Shown here in pieces: positions 10,214 through 21,000 of a DNA stretch of 64,000 nucleotides. Position 1 is the stretch's first letter. The number at the start of each line of letters is the position of its first letter. The position numbers and the translations under genes are program-made. The stretch spans positions 1-64,000 of the forward strand of contig JBHLRZ010000011.1 of assembly GCA_048882045.1 (NCBI GenBank), read 5' to 3'. Source of the DNA: Candidatus Thorarchaeota archaeon (lineage in GTDB: Archaea > Asgardarchaeota > Thorarchaeia > Thorarchaeales > Thorarchaeaceae). The notes below the pieces were generated by a model that saw only the letters and a program-made list of their open reading frames with translations, searched no databases and had not been told where the DNA came from.

Positions 10214-12340
10214 ATGTCTAGAGTGATGATTATCACTGAAAAACCAACAGCTGCTAAACGTATAGCCAGCGCTCTGGCGGAAAATCATTCTCCTCAAGAG
10301 GTAAAGAAAAGAGGCGCATCCTACTTCTTGTGTACCAGAGGCTCAGACGAGCTTCTGGTCGTTTATGCTCTGGGTCATCTCTTTGAACTGAAACAGAAAG
10401 TCAAGGGATGGACATATCCACGTCTGGAAACTAATTGGGTTCCTAGATATGAAGTCGAAAAGAAAGCAACTCAAGTAAAACCAATCATCAATCTGATAAA
10501 GAAACTTTCAGCAGATGTGGATTCTTTCGTAGTTGCTACAGATTTTGACATCGAGGGGAGCCTCATTGGGTATCTCACGCTGAAGTATGCTTGTGAAGCA
10601 GATCCGAACAATGCACATCGTATGATTTTCTCTTCTCTGACAGACAGAGACGTCGAGAGTGCATACAAAACGATGTCAGATTCGTTGGATTTTCCGATGA
10701 TAGAATCAGGTCAAGTGCGACATGAAGTTGATTGGCTCTTTGGAATCAACCTTACACGAGCACTGACACTCGCTGTAAAGGATACAGCAGGCTGGTTCAA
10801 GATTGTGTCCACGGGAAGGGTACAAGGACCAACACTGGGTTTCGTGGCTATGAGAGAGCAAGAGATCAATGTGTTTGTTCCACATCCCTTTTGGGTGATA
10901 CTTGCTAAGACGGAGCTGGAAGGTACTGAGATTGATCTTGAATACTCCAAGAAAAGGTTGGATGTGAAATCCGAATCTGAGAAAGTAGTAGAAGACCTTG
11001 ATGGGAAAACTGCTATCGTCGATTCAATCAACAGTAAGACCACAACACAACAGCCACATCCCCCCTTCAATCTGAGTAGTCTTCAGGCTGAAGCATACAG
11101 ACACTTTGGTTTCAAACCAAGTAGAACCTTGGCTGTAGCGCAGTCACTCTATCTGGATGCTGTTATTTCGTATCCCAGAACCAGCAGCGAGAAACTACCA
11201 GAGTCATTGAATTTAGAAGAAATCCTCCATGGACTCAAGGGGATGAAGAATTACACTCAACTTGCACTGCAAGTGTTACAACGCGGCAATCTCAACCCAG
11301 TCGAAGGAAAGAAGGCCGATCCTGCTCATCCAGCAATCCATCCTACAGGAACAAAGCCAACAAAACGGTTGACTCCCAGTGAGAAGAATCTGTACGATCT
11401 AATTGTTAGGAGATTTCTAGCACTGTTCGGAGAACCTGCTGTTAAGGAACATCTTCGAGCTGACATCAGTTGTGAAAATCATCTTTTGTATTTGAGAGGG
11501 TTGAAGATATTGAAACCCGGATGGATGCAATTCTATGGCCCTTATGCGAAGACAGGGGAAAAGGAGCTTCCAAATCTGTCAGAGGGAGATTCGATTGTCT
11601 TAAACCATGTAAGTTCTGATGAGAGATATACTCAACCGCCACCCCGTTTCAATCCTGCAAGTCTGTTGAAGCTTCTTGAGAAAGAGAACTTGGGCACAAA
11701 GGCAACACGAGCGAGAATAGTGGATTCTGTGAAGTCAAGAGGTTATACACTCAATGACAGGTTTGAGCTCTCAACCCTCGGATATGCACTCTATGAAACA
11801 TTGGAACAATATGTGCCTGAGGTGCTCTCACCTGAATTGACTCGGCGTCTTGAGAAAGAAATGGAGGAGATTCAACAAGAACAGAGTGATCGCGAGGATG
11901 TTCTGAGAAGAGCCAAGAATACTCTATTAGAACTTCTTGATGATTTTAGTTCACAGAAGCAAGAGATCGGTAATACCTTAGTTTTAGGTCTGCAAAGATA
12001 TTGGAAATCAACCGAGGAACTCGGAGAATGTCCAAAATGTGGTGACGGAACTCTACGAATAATCAGATCTCAAAAGACGGGAAAGCGATTTGTTGGCTGT
12101 TCAAACTACAGTGAAGGAAAATGTGATCAGACCTTTGCACTCCCTCAAAGAGGGGATATATCTCCAAAGGATGAGATGTGTCCACATTGTGGACATAGGA
12201 TGATTCAGGTTACGTCTGGACGACGAAAATGGGACACCTGCATTAATTGGACTGAGTGTCCAGGGAGAAAGGAGGACCTCAAAGCACTGGATGACCGCCG
12301 TGCGAAGCAGGCTGTGAAGAAGGGGGATTCTAAGAAATGA
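10214..12340 (+). CDS. topA: Type IA DNA topoisomerase with C-terminal zinc ribbons
   Basis: TOPRIM EKP and ATDFDIEG, STGRVQ, catalytic ISYPRT, AHPAIHPT, GTKATR. Confidence 0.96.
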   Translation: MSRVMIITEKPTAAKRIASALAENHSPQEVKKRGASYFLCTRGSDELLVVYALGHLFELKQKVKGWTYPRLETNWVPRYEVEKKATQVKPIINLIKKLSADVDSFVVATDFDIEGSLIGYLTLKYACEADPNNAHRMIFSSLTDRDVESAYKTMSDSLDFPMIESGQVRHEVDWLFGINLTRALTLAVKDTAGWFKIVSTGRVQGPTLGFVAMREQEINVFVPHPFWVILAKTELEGTEIDLEYSKKRLDVKSESEKVVEDLDGKTAIVDSINSKTTTQQPHPPFNLSSLQAEAYRHFGFKPSRTLAVAQSLYLDAVISYPRTSSEKLPESLNLEEILHGLKGMKNYTQLALQVLQRGNLNPVEGKKADPAHPAIHPTGTKPTKRLTPSEKNLYDLIVRRFLALFGEPAVKEHLRADISCENHLLYLRGLKILKPGWMQFYGPYAKTGEKELPNLSEGDSIVLNHVSSDERYTQPPPRFNPASLLKLLEKENLGTKATRARIVDSVKSRGYTLNDRFELSTLGYALYETLEQYVPEVLSPELTRRLEKEMEEIQQEQSDREDVLRRAKNTLLELLDDFSSQKQEIGNTLVLGLQRYWKSTEELGECPKCGDGTLRIIRSQKTGKRFVGCSNYSEGKCDQTFALPQRGDISPKDEMCPHCGHRMIQVTSGRRKWDTCINWTECPGRKEDLKALDDRRAKQAVKKGDSKK

Positions 12341-12555
12341 CTGAGTGCAAAATATGTGGTCGAAGCATGGAATCTAAAGAACTCTGTCGATATCACTTAG
12401 AGGCGCTGAACAATCTTCATGCAGCATATGAGGTGTGGAAATCAGCAAGTGACGTGACTTGGAATGAATATTTAGAACATTTAGAAGGAATCGATGCTAC
12501 TGGTCGTTGGATACTCGATGTTGTCGATTATATCAAGCAACGAAATGATCTCTGA
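12337..12555 (+). CDS. Small hypothetical Zn-binding protein
   Basis: CxxC...CxxH; ATGA overlap with topA stop. Confidence 0.7.
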   Translation: MTECKICGRSMESKELCRYHLEALNNLHAAYEVWKSASDVTWNEYLEHLEGIDATGRWILDVVDYIKQRNDL

Positions 12556-12880
12556 GAACTGCTGTCAGCTCCATTGTCCGTTCGCGAGTGAGCGTGTCGC
12601 CTATCCCCAAGATCAACATACATGTCTGGTTAGTCCAAGATGCGACTCTTTCAGCCAAGGTTCTCACAAGTGCAGAATCAACTTTCATTGAAAATAGACC
12701 AGATGATGTAGGACTCGTATGACCCTGTCCTGCAGGAATCGCCATTGCCGAGAGACCAAACCTGAATTGATCCGAGTCTGAAATCAAGACGATTTGACCA
12801 TTAGATAGGCTCAAGGTACGTACTCTGATTTTCCCAGATGATGTTTCAGCTGAGAACTCGTTGATGTCTTCAAAATCCAT
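12533..12880 (-). CDS. Proteasome assembly chaperone PAC4-like protein
   Basis: GLSAMAIP...PTSSGLF...LAERVASWTNQTCML pattern resembles recalled PSMG4. Confidence 0.55.
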   Translation of the reverse strand: MDFEDINEFSAETSSGKIRVRTLSLSNGQIVLISDSDQFRFGLSAMAIPAGQGHTSPTSSGLFSMKVDSALVRTLAERVASWTNQTCMLILGIGDTLTRERTMELTAVLRDHFVA

Positions 12881-12985
12881 CTCAGTTCAGGAAAAATAGG
12901 GTGCAGGTCGAATAAATCAGTAACGTATGCCATTCAGAAGCAACAGGATTATCAAGGCATCTAAGGGCAGAAGTATAGAGCTCAC

Positions 12986-14917
12986 ATGACCGATGAATCT
13001 TCTACCTTCATTGACTACTTTCCATACGATGAAGCTAGAGAGGGTCAAGATGAGATGATGGAGAGAATCGAGGCTTCGGTCAAAGATAGGACCCACATTT
13101 GTGCAGAGGCGCCTAATGGGTTTGGAAAGACTTGTGTCACCCTGAGTGGGATTTTGCCTTGGATAAAGAAGAATGATGGAAAGGTCCTGTATTGTGCTAG
13201 GACCCACAGACAGCTCGATCGTGTGATGGAGGAATTAGAAGAGATTTCAAAGAAGCAAGATGTTAGTGGCGTGTCTTTTCGTGGGCGCAGACACCTGTGT
13301 CTGAACTCATTTGTATTGGAGAGTGCTGACTTTGTTGCACCAATCTCTGAGGTCTGTGGACAGTTGAAAGCCACTGGGAGATGTACATACTATGAGAATC
13401 TTAGAGGGGCAGGGACCCCAGAAGAGCTCCTTGAGGACATGCCAAAGAAGGTCCTCACAGCTCCAGAGATTACGAAATTGGCAAGGGGCAGATCACTGTG
13501 TCCTTATGAACTCACCAAACGGCTTGCGAAGGTTGTCGATGTTATTGCCCTCTCATACTTGTATGTCTTTGACCCATGGATATTGGATGTCTTTGTCCCG
13601 GACCTTGAAACACCTGCTTCAAAGATGGTTCTTGTACAAGATGAGGCTCACAATGTTCCAACGACCGCATTAGATTCAGCTAGTGATTCTTTGACAATTG
13701 GTACAATCAGGCAAGCTCTTCGAGAAGCTGTAACCTATAATGATGACATTTCCAAGGACTTCAGCCGTGCTCTGGCTATGACGATTCTCGAGATGTCTTC
13801 AGACATGAAAGAGTCTGAAGAAAGAGTTGTTGACCCTCGAAAGATCATCGAATCAGCTATTACAATAGGTCATCTTGAGCATCAAAAGTTCGTGTTGGGT
13901 CATATGAAGGAGTTGGGAGCAAAGATACGGAAAGGGCTCCTCAAAGCAGGAAAGTTTCCTCGCTCCTCAATCTTCAGGGTAAGCGAATTCCTCCTCAGGT
14001 GGCTTAAGACATCAGAGAGGAAAGACTACACATTCTTACTTGCCTCAAGTCGAGGATTTGGAGAGAGCAGAAAGGTTTCCCTAGATCTAGTTGCTCTAGA
14101 TCCAACCTCAGTTACAAGACCTGTTTTAGATCTAATACACAGCTCTGTTGCGATTTCGGGGACTATTTCTCCCTTGGAAGCCTATTCTGAAATGCTTGGA
14201 TTTGAAGCGGATTCTGAGCTAGCAACGTTCCAAAGTCCCTTTGCTCGGAGAAACAGAGCCGGTCTTATAATAGACGGACTAGACACATCGTTCCAGAACC
14301 GTACACAGAAAACATTCGAACGAATGGTAGACCATTGTGTTGCAGTTGCTCATTCAACACCAAGTAACACTGGAATCTTCACATCAAGCTACTCCATCGG
14401 AAAGTTTCTCATTGATGCAGGTCTAGAAAGGAAACTCAAACGAAAGCTCTTCATTGAGAAACCCGGAATGAAAGGTACAGAGAATGATAATTTGATTGAA
14501 GAGTTTAGAAGACAAGGGGATACTGGTGGGGCAGTACTTCTGGGCGTGCAGGGTGGCCGTAACTCTGAGGGAGGTGATTTCCCAGGTCCAACAATGGAGA
14601 GTGTCGTGGTAGTAGGTGTTCCCTATGCTAGGCCAACTCCAAGGGTTGAGTCTCTGATCAACTATTTTGATTCGAGGTTCGACGGAAAGGGACGCGATTA
14701 TGCATATGTACTACCAGCTATGACCAGAGCAATTCAGGCTGCAGGAAGACCAGTCAGAAGACTGGATGACAGGGGTGTGATTGTACTACTTGACCAAAGA
14801 TTCAGTACTCCATACCTCAATAGATTCCTCCCATCCTGGTTGTCTGAAGTTACTGAGGTGATAGGAGATGACCCTGAAACTACGGCTCATCGCGTGGAGA
14901 GTTTCTTTATGGCCTAG
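12986..14917 (+). CDS. xpd: XPD/Rad3-family Fe-S DNA helicase
   Basis: EAPNGFGKT, RTHRQ, Fe-S cysteines, DEAHN, ISGT, SEGGDF, QAAGRPVR. Confidence 0.92.
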   Translation: MTDESSTFIDYFPYDEAREGQDEMMERIEASVKDRTHICAEAPNGFGKTCVTLSGILPWIKKNDGKVLYCARTHRQLDRVMEELEEISKKQDVSGVSFRGRRHLCLNSFVLESADFVAPISEVCGQLKATGRCTYYENLRGAGTPEELLEDMPKKVLTAPEITKLARGRSLCPYELTKRLAKVVDVIALSYLYVFDPWILDVFVPDLETPASKMVLVQDEAHNVPTTALDSASDSLTIGTIRQALREAVTYNDDISKDFSRALAMTILEMSSDMKESEERVVDPRKIIESAITIGHLEHQKFVLGHMKELGAKIRKGLLKAGKFPRSSIFRVSEFLLRWLKTSERKDYTFLLASSRGFGESRKVSLDLVALDPTSVTRPVLDLIHSSVAISGTISPLEAYSEMLGFEADSELATFQSPFARRNRAGLIIDGLDTSFQNRTQKTFERMVDHCVAVAHSTPSNTGIFTSSYSIGKFLIDAGLERKLKRKLFIEKPGMKGTENDNLIEEFRRQGDTGGAVLLGVQGGRNSEGGDFPGPTMESVVVVGVPYARPTPRVESLINYFDSRFDGKGRDYAYVLPAMTRAIQAAGRPVRRLDDRGVIVLLDQRFSTPYLNRFLPSWLSEVTEVIGDDPETTAHRVESFFMA

Positions 14918-15684
14918 TTTGTATCATTCAATATACTATCTAGTGAAATTGTGTTGAGGAGAATAGATCGAGCCTCTTCCTTAGTGATGACCCTTTCACC
15001 GCGAGTATATCGTTTTACAAACTGTTGTAATGAACGCATGTAACCCTCTTTTGGTTCGAGATTCATGTCTTGATCTATACGTTTGCGACCTGTTCTGCCT
15101 GCAATGAGAATGGCTGAAGTCTGATCTGACGTGAAACCACCTGATAGGGTCGTGCGATGTTCATTCACAAGCTCCACATCCAATTCTGGGTGCTGGTCAA
15201 GAGCACTTCTGAGGAACAATGTCGAATACAGTTTAGAACCGGTTCCAATACGAACAACTACTTGACAGCTGGGATATAGGCGTTTGACATAAGACTGGAG
15301 ACGAAGAGTGAGATGAACTGCTGCACCTGGAGAAGTCTGAGAATTCTTGTATGTCACTATCCCATCTAGGACTAGGGCGACTCCAAACCGCATTCCTGGA
15401 TCAACTCCAATTACAGCAAACGAAGGATTATGAACATCATTTAGACTAGTGAGAATCTTCACTGATGCGAGCACTGGGTCGAAGTCTTCCTCAATGAATA
15501 TTACTGAGTCATACTGGTACTTCAGTGAGTCCTCAGTGGTAGTAACTACTACCTTAGAGTTTCCACAGCGAGTGTCATCCGAGGTACAGACGACGAACTC
15601 CAGCTCCAGTTCTTTTAGGAGCTCGATTAGAAGATAGAGCACCCGGGGATTCTCTGTGGCAATTGCGACCTGCCACCTAAACAT
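14914..15684 (-). CDS. Conserved hypothetical protein with RNase H-like (YqgF-like) domain
   Basis: VIGVDPGMRFGVA, VRIGTG, VELVNEHRTT. Confidence 0.6.
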   Translation of the reverse strand: MFRWQVAIATENPRVLYLLIELLKELELEFVVCTSDDTRCGNSKVVVTTTEDSLKYQYDSVIFIEEDFDPVLASVKILTSLNDVHNPSFAVIGVDPGMRFGVALVLDGIVTYKNSQTSPGAAVHLTLRLQSYVKRLYPSCQVVVRIGTGSKLYSTLFLRSALDQHPELDVELVNEHRTTLSGGFTSDQTSAILIAGRTGRKRIDQDMNLEPKEGYMRSLQQFVKRYTRGERVITKEEARSILLNTISLDSILNDTN

Positions 15685-15750
15685 GATATTGGTCCTTCTA
15701 GGTATGCTTATCACTCAGAGAGTGACGACTGATAGGCAGTGAGTTAGAAT

Positions 15751-16440
15751 TTGATTCTTCCGTCTGGGGTATCACTTCTCGATCGTGTCATGAATGGCGG
15801 TCTTCATACTGGTCCATTCACACATGTGTATGGAGAAGCTGCAGCAGGTAAGACAACATTAGCGTTGCAGTTTGTGGATGCCGCGTTTAGACTTGACTAT
15901 CAGACAATCTACATCAATTCTGAAACTGCATCTCCTGTGGAACGTCTAGAGCAGATTACTAGCCACACTTTCGGAGAACTCGAATCTATGGTGAAGATAC
16001 TCGCGCCAAGAGGATTCAGTGAACAGGGAGCATTGATTGATGATTTGGACCTCTATGTTCGAGAGGATACAAAACTAGTCATCATTGATACACTCACCAA
16101 GTTCTATAGGTTAGAACTGGAGGACAAGGCAACTAATTTCTCGAACCATCGAGAATTGAATAGGCAGGCAGGAATCTTGAAGGGACTAGCAAGAAAACAT
16201 GATGTAGCAGTAGTTGTTTTGAATCAGGTAAGAGCACGAATGAATAAAGGTAGTGATTTCGAGCCTGTAGCCAAGAACATACTAGATTATTGGTCAGACT
16301 ACAGTTTCAAGATGCGAGTGGGCAAGAATCATGGATCCCGGACAATCCAGCGGATAAGACCTGAAGGTGAGCCATCGGACTGTCGATTGTATCTCACTGA
16401 CAGAGGTTTCTCAATTGAAAAACCGGATGAGAAAGAGTGA
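15751..16440 (+). CDS. radB: RecA-family paralog RadB-like
   Basis: Short RecA core, Walker A GEAAAGKT, LVIIDT, VVVLNQV. Confidence 0.85.
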   Translation: MILPSGVSLLDRVMNGGLHTGPFTHVYGEAAAGKTTLALQFVDAAFRLDYQTIYINSETASPVERLEQITSHTFGELESMVKILAPRGFSEQGALIDDLDLYVREDTKLVIIDTLTKFYRLELEDKATNFSNHRELNRQAGILKGLARKHDVAVVVLNQVRARMNKGSDFEPVAKNILDYWSDYSFKMRVGKNHGSRTIQRIRPEGEPSDCRLYLTDRGFSIEKPDEKE

Positions 16441-16463
16441 AATTGAGTCGCTAAACGGCACAC

Positions 16464-17039
16464 ATGGAGAACCATTCAATGTATGAAGAACTCGCCCTCT
16501 TGGAGCTTTCAGTATGGCTGGGACTTTCTGCATGGATTGCAAATGCCACTCCAGTTCTGGGTGGAGGGGGACGACCGATTGATGGTGGTAGAGTTTTCCG
16601 TGATGGTAATCGCATTCTTGGAGATGGTAAATCGATAAGAGGGTTCATTGTTGGCGTGTTCTTTGGAACATTAGTCGGAGTGGTACAGTTCGTTGCTGCA
16701 CCTTACTTACGACCCCTGTTGGCTCAGTTTGTGACAATAACTCCAGAGATGGACTATGTCCTTTCAATCAGCATCCCTGTAGCATTTCTTCTATCAATAG
16801 GAGCTCTGACGGGTGATGTTGTCGGGTCATTCATAAAGAGGAGGGTCAGTGTCAGGAGTGGCGACCCATCTCCGTTTCTAGATCAGCTGGGATTCATAAT
16901 CATGGCTCTGATTTTTGCATATCCATTAATGATGCCAAGCCCGATATTTGCTATAATCCTGATTCTTACAACCCTAGGTATTCATTGGCTCAGTAATGTT
17001 TTGAGTTACCTTTTGGGACTAAAGGAACATCCATGGTAA
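16464..17039 (+). CDS. carS: CDP-archaeol synthase
   Basis: ANATPVLGGGG.PIDGG, LGDGKS, GD..GSFIKRR, PFLDQL. Confidence 0.93.
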   Translation: MENHSMYEELALLELSVWLGLSAWIANATPVLGGGGRPIDGGRVFRDGNRILGDGKSIRGFIVGVFFGTLVGVVQFVAAPYLRPLLAQFVTITPEMDYVLSISIPVAFLLSIGALTGDVVGSFIKRRVSVRSGDPSPFLDQLGFIIMALIFAYPLMMPSPIFAIILILTTLGIHWLSNVLSYLLGLKEHPW

Positions 17040-17170
17040 TGAAAACCCAAGGAAAACCATAAAAGGTGACCAAAAAACACTATTTCCGGTGATATCGAAT
17101 CTATCGAAAAAGAAGCTGTCTGTAGTTTTGATATTGTCAAAATTTCTATAATACCGGAGTAGCCCTGACA

Positions 17171-18028
17171 ATGATGGTCAAAGATTGCATGCAAGCAGAC
17201 GTGGTTCACGTTTCTGTACCTGGGACCAGAGAAGATGTTCTTCAGATTATGGCTGACGAACAGGTGAATGGTCTTCCTGTTGTGAAGAAAGGTTCCAAGA
17301 CTCTTGTAGGTATTGTAACAAGAACTGACCTCCTTAGAAAGGCTGACGAAAACCAACTGGCTATGCTCATGGTGAGGGACCCGGAAACAGTCAAACCTAG
17401 GACTGAAATCAAGACAGCTTTGAAGATCATGTTGGAAAAGAGGTATAGACGACTTCCAGTTGTTGAGAAGGACGAATTGGTAGGGTTGCTGTCAGTCCCA
17501 GATATTCTAGGAGCTACTCTTGAGAATGATGAAAATTATGGTTCGATGGAGATAGCAAAACTTGTCACTAGACGTGTGAACGCAGTCTGGGAAAAAACTC
17601 CGCTCCCTCTGTCCTATATGATAATGGAAATGGCTGGGAAGAATGGTCTCGTTGTCCTTGGAGAGGGTGGAAACGTGACCGGAATGATTACTGTGAGCGA
17701 CTTCATCCGTCTCTCAGAGGTCACTGTCGAAGACAACATCTCCCAGACGTTCAGTGGTACTGACAGTGCAGTAGACTGGGGTTGGACTTCAAAGGACTTC
17801 CTCGTTGTGACGAAGAAACTCCTTCGTCTTCCGGGGACAGCTGTTGAGGAAGTGATGACCAAGAACATAATCAGCTTCGGTGAACTTACAACCGTTGCTG
17901 AATGTGTTAGAACTATGCGGAAAGAAGACATTGACCAGGCACCCGTACTATCTGTGACGGGCAGTCTCATAGGAATGATAGAAGACAGGGACTTGCTCAA
18001 ATTGGCTCTCGAAACACAGTCAGACTAA
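17171..18028 (+). CDS. CBS-domain protein (four CBS domains)
   Basis: Repeated LPVV...LVGI(V/L)(T/S)..D motifs. Confidence 0.9.
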   Translation: MMVKDCMQADVVHVSVPGTREDVLQIMADEQVNGLPVVKKGSKTLVGIVTRTDLLRKADENQLAMLMVRDPETVKPRTEIKTALKIMLEKRYRRLPVVEKDELVGLLSVPDILGATLENDENYGSMEIAKLVTRRVNAVWEKTPLPLSYMIMEMAGKNGLVVLGEGGNVTGMITVSDFIRLSEVTVEDNISQTFSGTDSAVDWGWTSKDFLVVTKKLLRLPGTAVEEVMTKNIISFGELTTVAECVRTMRKEDIDQAPVLSVTGSLIGMIEDRDLLKLALETQSD

Positions 18029-21000
18029 GGCTCAATGAAGTCGGTGATAGATGTCTGTTCAGATACAAATAGTGAATTAAGAGCAGATGTAATGAGTTTT
18101 AGCCGTTCTCTCTGATACTGATCAAGATTATGATCCTCTATGATTTGCCTTGTGACTTCAAGATACTTGGAGATATTTTTCTGTCGAACTGTCAGAGAGA
18201 GCTTGTTTCCACAGACACATTCTCCTGAGAGAGGGATTCTTCTGTAAACCCTTCTGCACTTTTGACATTGTATTTTTTGGGTTGAGAATGCACGAAGGTT
18301 CCCTCTGATATCACGGAAGAAATGGGTTGAAAGCACACGTTCAGCAACATTCTGCGCATCCACGGCTTCTATGAGAGTTGCCAACTCCAATTGTGCACTG
18401 AGTTTTTCATCCATACTACCTAAAATCTTGTAGCGTGTATTCTTTGGACCAAGATCAAATGACCTGGTGTCATGTGTGAAACCAAATCCTTCGTATTGTG
18501 CAGCGGTGTTCAATCGAGACGCAATTATATCAACAAGGTCTTCGACCTCTTTCGGATGTCTTGCCTCAGCCACCATCTCGTAGAATTTTGCAGGATACCT
18601 CTTACAGACCTCAATGTTGTGACTTTCGTCATCCACCTCTGTCGGGTTGAGAATCACAGAAAGAACTAGAGGGGCATCCATCAGTCCTCCACGTCCTGCT
18701 GGTAGATAGTCCTTCGAGAAGTTTAGAAGAGCGTCAAGGACCAGAATCAGAGCATCCTCATCACCATCACAGTTCCGTCTCTTTGCAGCGTGCCAGTAGG
18801 GGTGTGCATAGCAAACACTTGCATTAGTGAAACCGACTATCCTACCAATGATTCCTGCAGACGTGTGAGGCGCTAGGCCGATAACAAGTTGACCAACCAC
18901 ATCCTCTTGTGCACTGAACTTGTAGAATCTCTCAAGCCCATAGATTTTCTCCAGGCAGTCGTCTACAAACCTCCCTACTCTGACGAGGTACATAGCGCAG
19001 TTCTCTGGTATTACGATATCTTGAACCTTCAACTCCAGGATTTGGTCTTGAGATATTAGTGGCTGTCCCTCATAATCTGTGATGTAACCAAGTTCTCGAA
19101 GACGACTCACAGGGACTCCTATTTCTTTGGGTGTAAAATGGGTGAGTGGAGCATCGGTTGCATCGAACCTAGCAGTTCCATCGCGATAACAGTATACATC
19201 ATGCTTTGCCCGTAGTATTCCCTTTCCCAGATACTCTGGGATCTTGTAGTCACTGGTGAGACCAAGAACACCACGAACGCCATGTGCCTCCAATTCGTCA
19301 ACTTCTACCTTGATCCTGTCAATCAGGTGTGCTAGTGGAACGGAATACTGACGTGTCTTGCTATTGTCATGTCCATATTGGCATGTGCCAGTCTTCTTGT
19401 CAATTGGTTGACCACAGTTCTCATAGGAACAGGAAACAACGGTATGTGTCCCGCATTTGTCACACTTGGACTCGTATGTACTGTTGGAGCAGTTAGGACA
19501 GATGCGGAAGACCATCTCGAGTTCTACAGGTATCTCTTGTGCCCATGATTCAAAGCTAATGTCCTCAGAGTCCTGATCTTCCGAGTCATTCTCCATGGTT
19601 TCCTCAATGGTTGGTTGATACTCCATACTCTTGGCTACTTTCTCAATCTGCCTTTCTGTGCCTTTCGAACGTCCAACAGGGAATAGAACTTGGACAGGTG
19701 GTCTCATCTTACGTTCCTCTGCTTTTTCGGGACGGCCCATTCTTGCACCAATTGAGAATCCAACCTTATCCATCAGTTTTACAGAGGAAACAGAGTTCAG
19801 GAGTTCCAGAGTAGAGTTGCCCTTTGTTTTCGCTTCCTTTTCTCCAAGTTGTGCCAAAATGACGATTGGATCATCAGTCAGACGAATGGATTTCTTGTCA
19901 TTGCTGAGTTCATGAGGGACTCCAGCAGTTTCTAGAAACTTCTTGTTCTTTAAATCGAAGGGGAGAACGAGGGATGAGTCCTTCCCGATCTTGTATTTTG
20001 TTAGAATCCATTTTCTCAAGGTCAGGGCGTCCTCTAGAGCTAAAGCAGACCATCGATAGAGATAGTGAGGGTGCAATGGAATCTTGAGTTTCTTTGATAG
20101 ATGAACAGCCTGGGAAGGATGGGGGATACGTGAGAGTGGTGAGTCCACCATCTCATTCACATCATCGAGAGTCAGCTTAGATCCTAATCGCTTGGTCAAT
20201 GTAGAAACTGACAGCTTTGATATTGCATCATCAAGGTCGTGAGACCACCATTCTTCACAATATCCCGAGGGCACAAGAGGATGATTGTTTTCAAGAAACT
20301 CTCCAAGGGCTACCAGTAAATCACCAAGATACAGAATGCGTTCAATCTTACCTTCTAGTTGTCTTGCCTTTTCGCTGTCTTGAATCCGCATCACGGACCC
20401 ATCTTTTAGAAGAACAATTGGTCCTTCAATCGAGTCCACTGGAGCCACGATTGATCCTTTTCCTGGTCGTTCTGTCCGAATATGGGTCCCTGGTGCTAGG
20501 AACTCCTCCACGATAAACATCGTTGCAGGATGGACTCCCACTCCTGCAAGACCTGTGTTTCTTGAACGACCATACCTGAGTCTGAAGCCTCCAACACGGG
20601 AGGGATGAGAGAATACAGGTCTCCCGCCTATGACATCTGCTAAATAGTCCGCCTTGGGTTCTAGTGTCTTTGATGCAAAGTCCTCTTCATCTGTACTTGT
20701 CTTTGACAACTTTGTAGCGAGTTCGTTCAACCATTCCCACCCGGAGATGTTCACACCACTTACAATCTTTGCCAGTTTTGCCGCTTTACCAACAACACCA
20801 TCGTTCAGAACTAGAACTGACCCCCCACGAACTCGATTACTTTCAATACGTTCTAGGTCACGAGTTCCTGAAACTTCAAAATCCTCAGTAGGATCCCCCG
20901 TCAGTAGTATTGGTAGTCGTGATGCTACAAAACGGATTGCATCCGGATTAACAGGATATTGTAGGTTTGCCAATCGTGCATAAAGCTCAATCTCTTCTAG

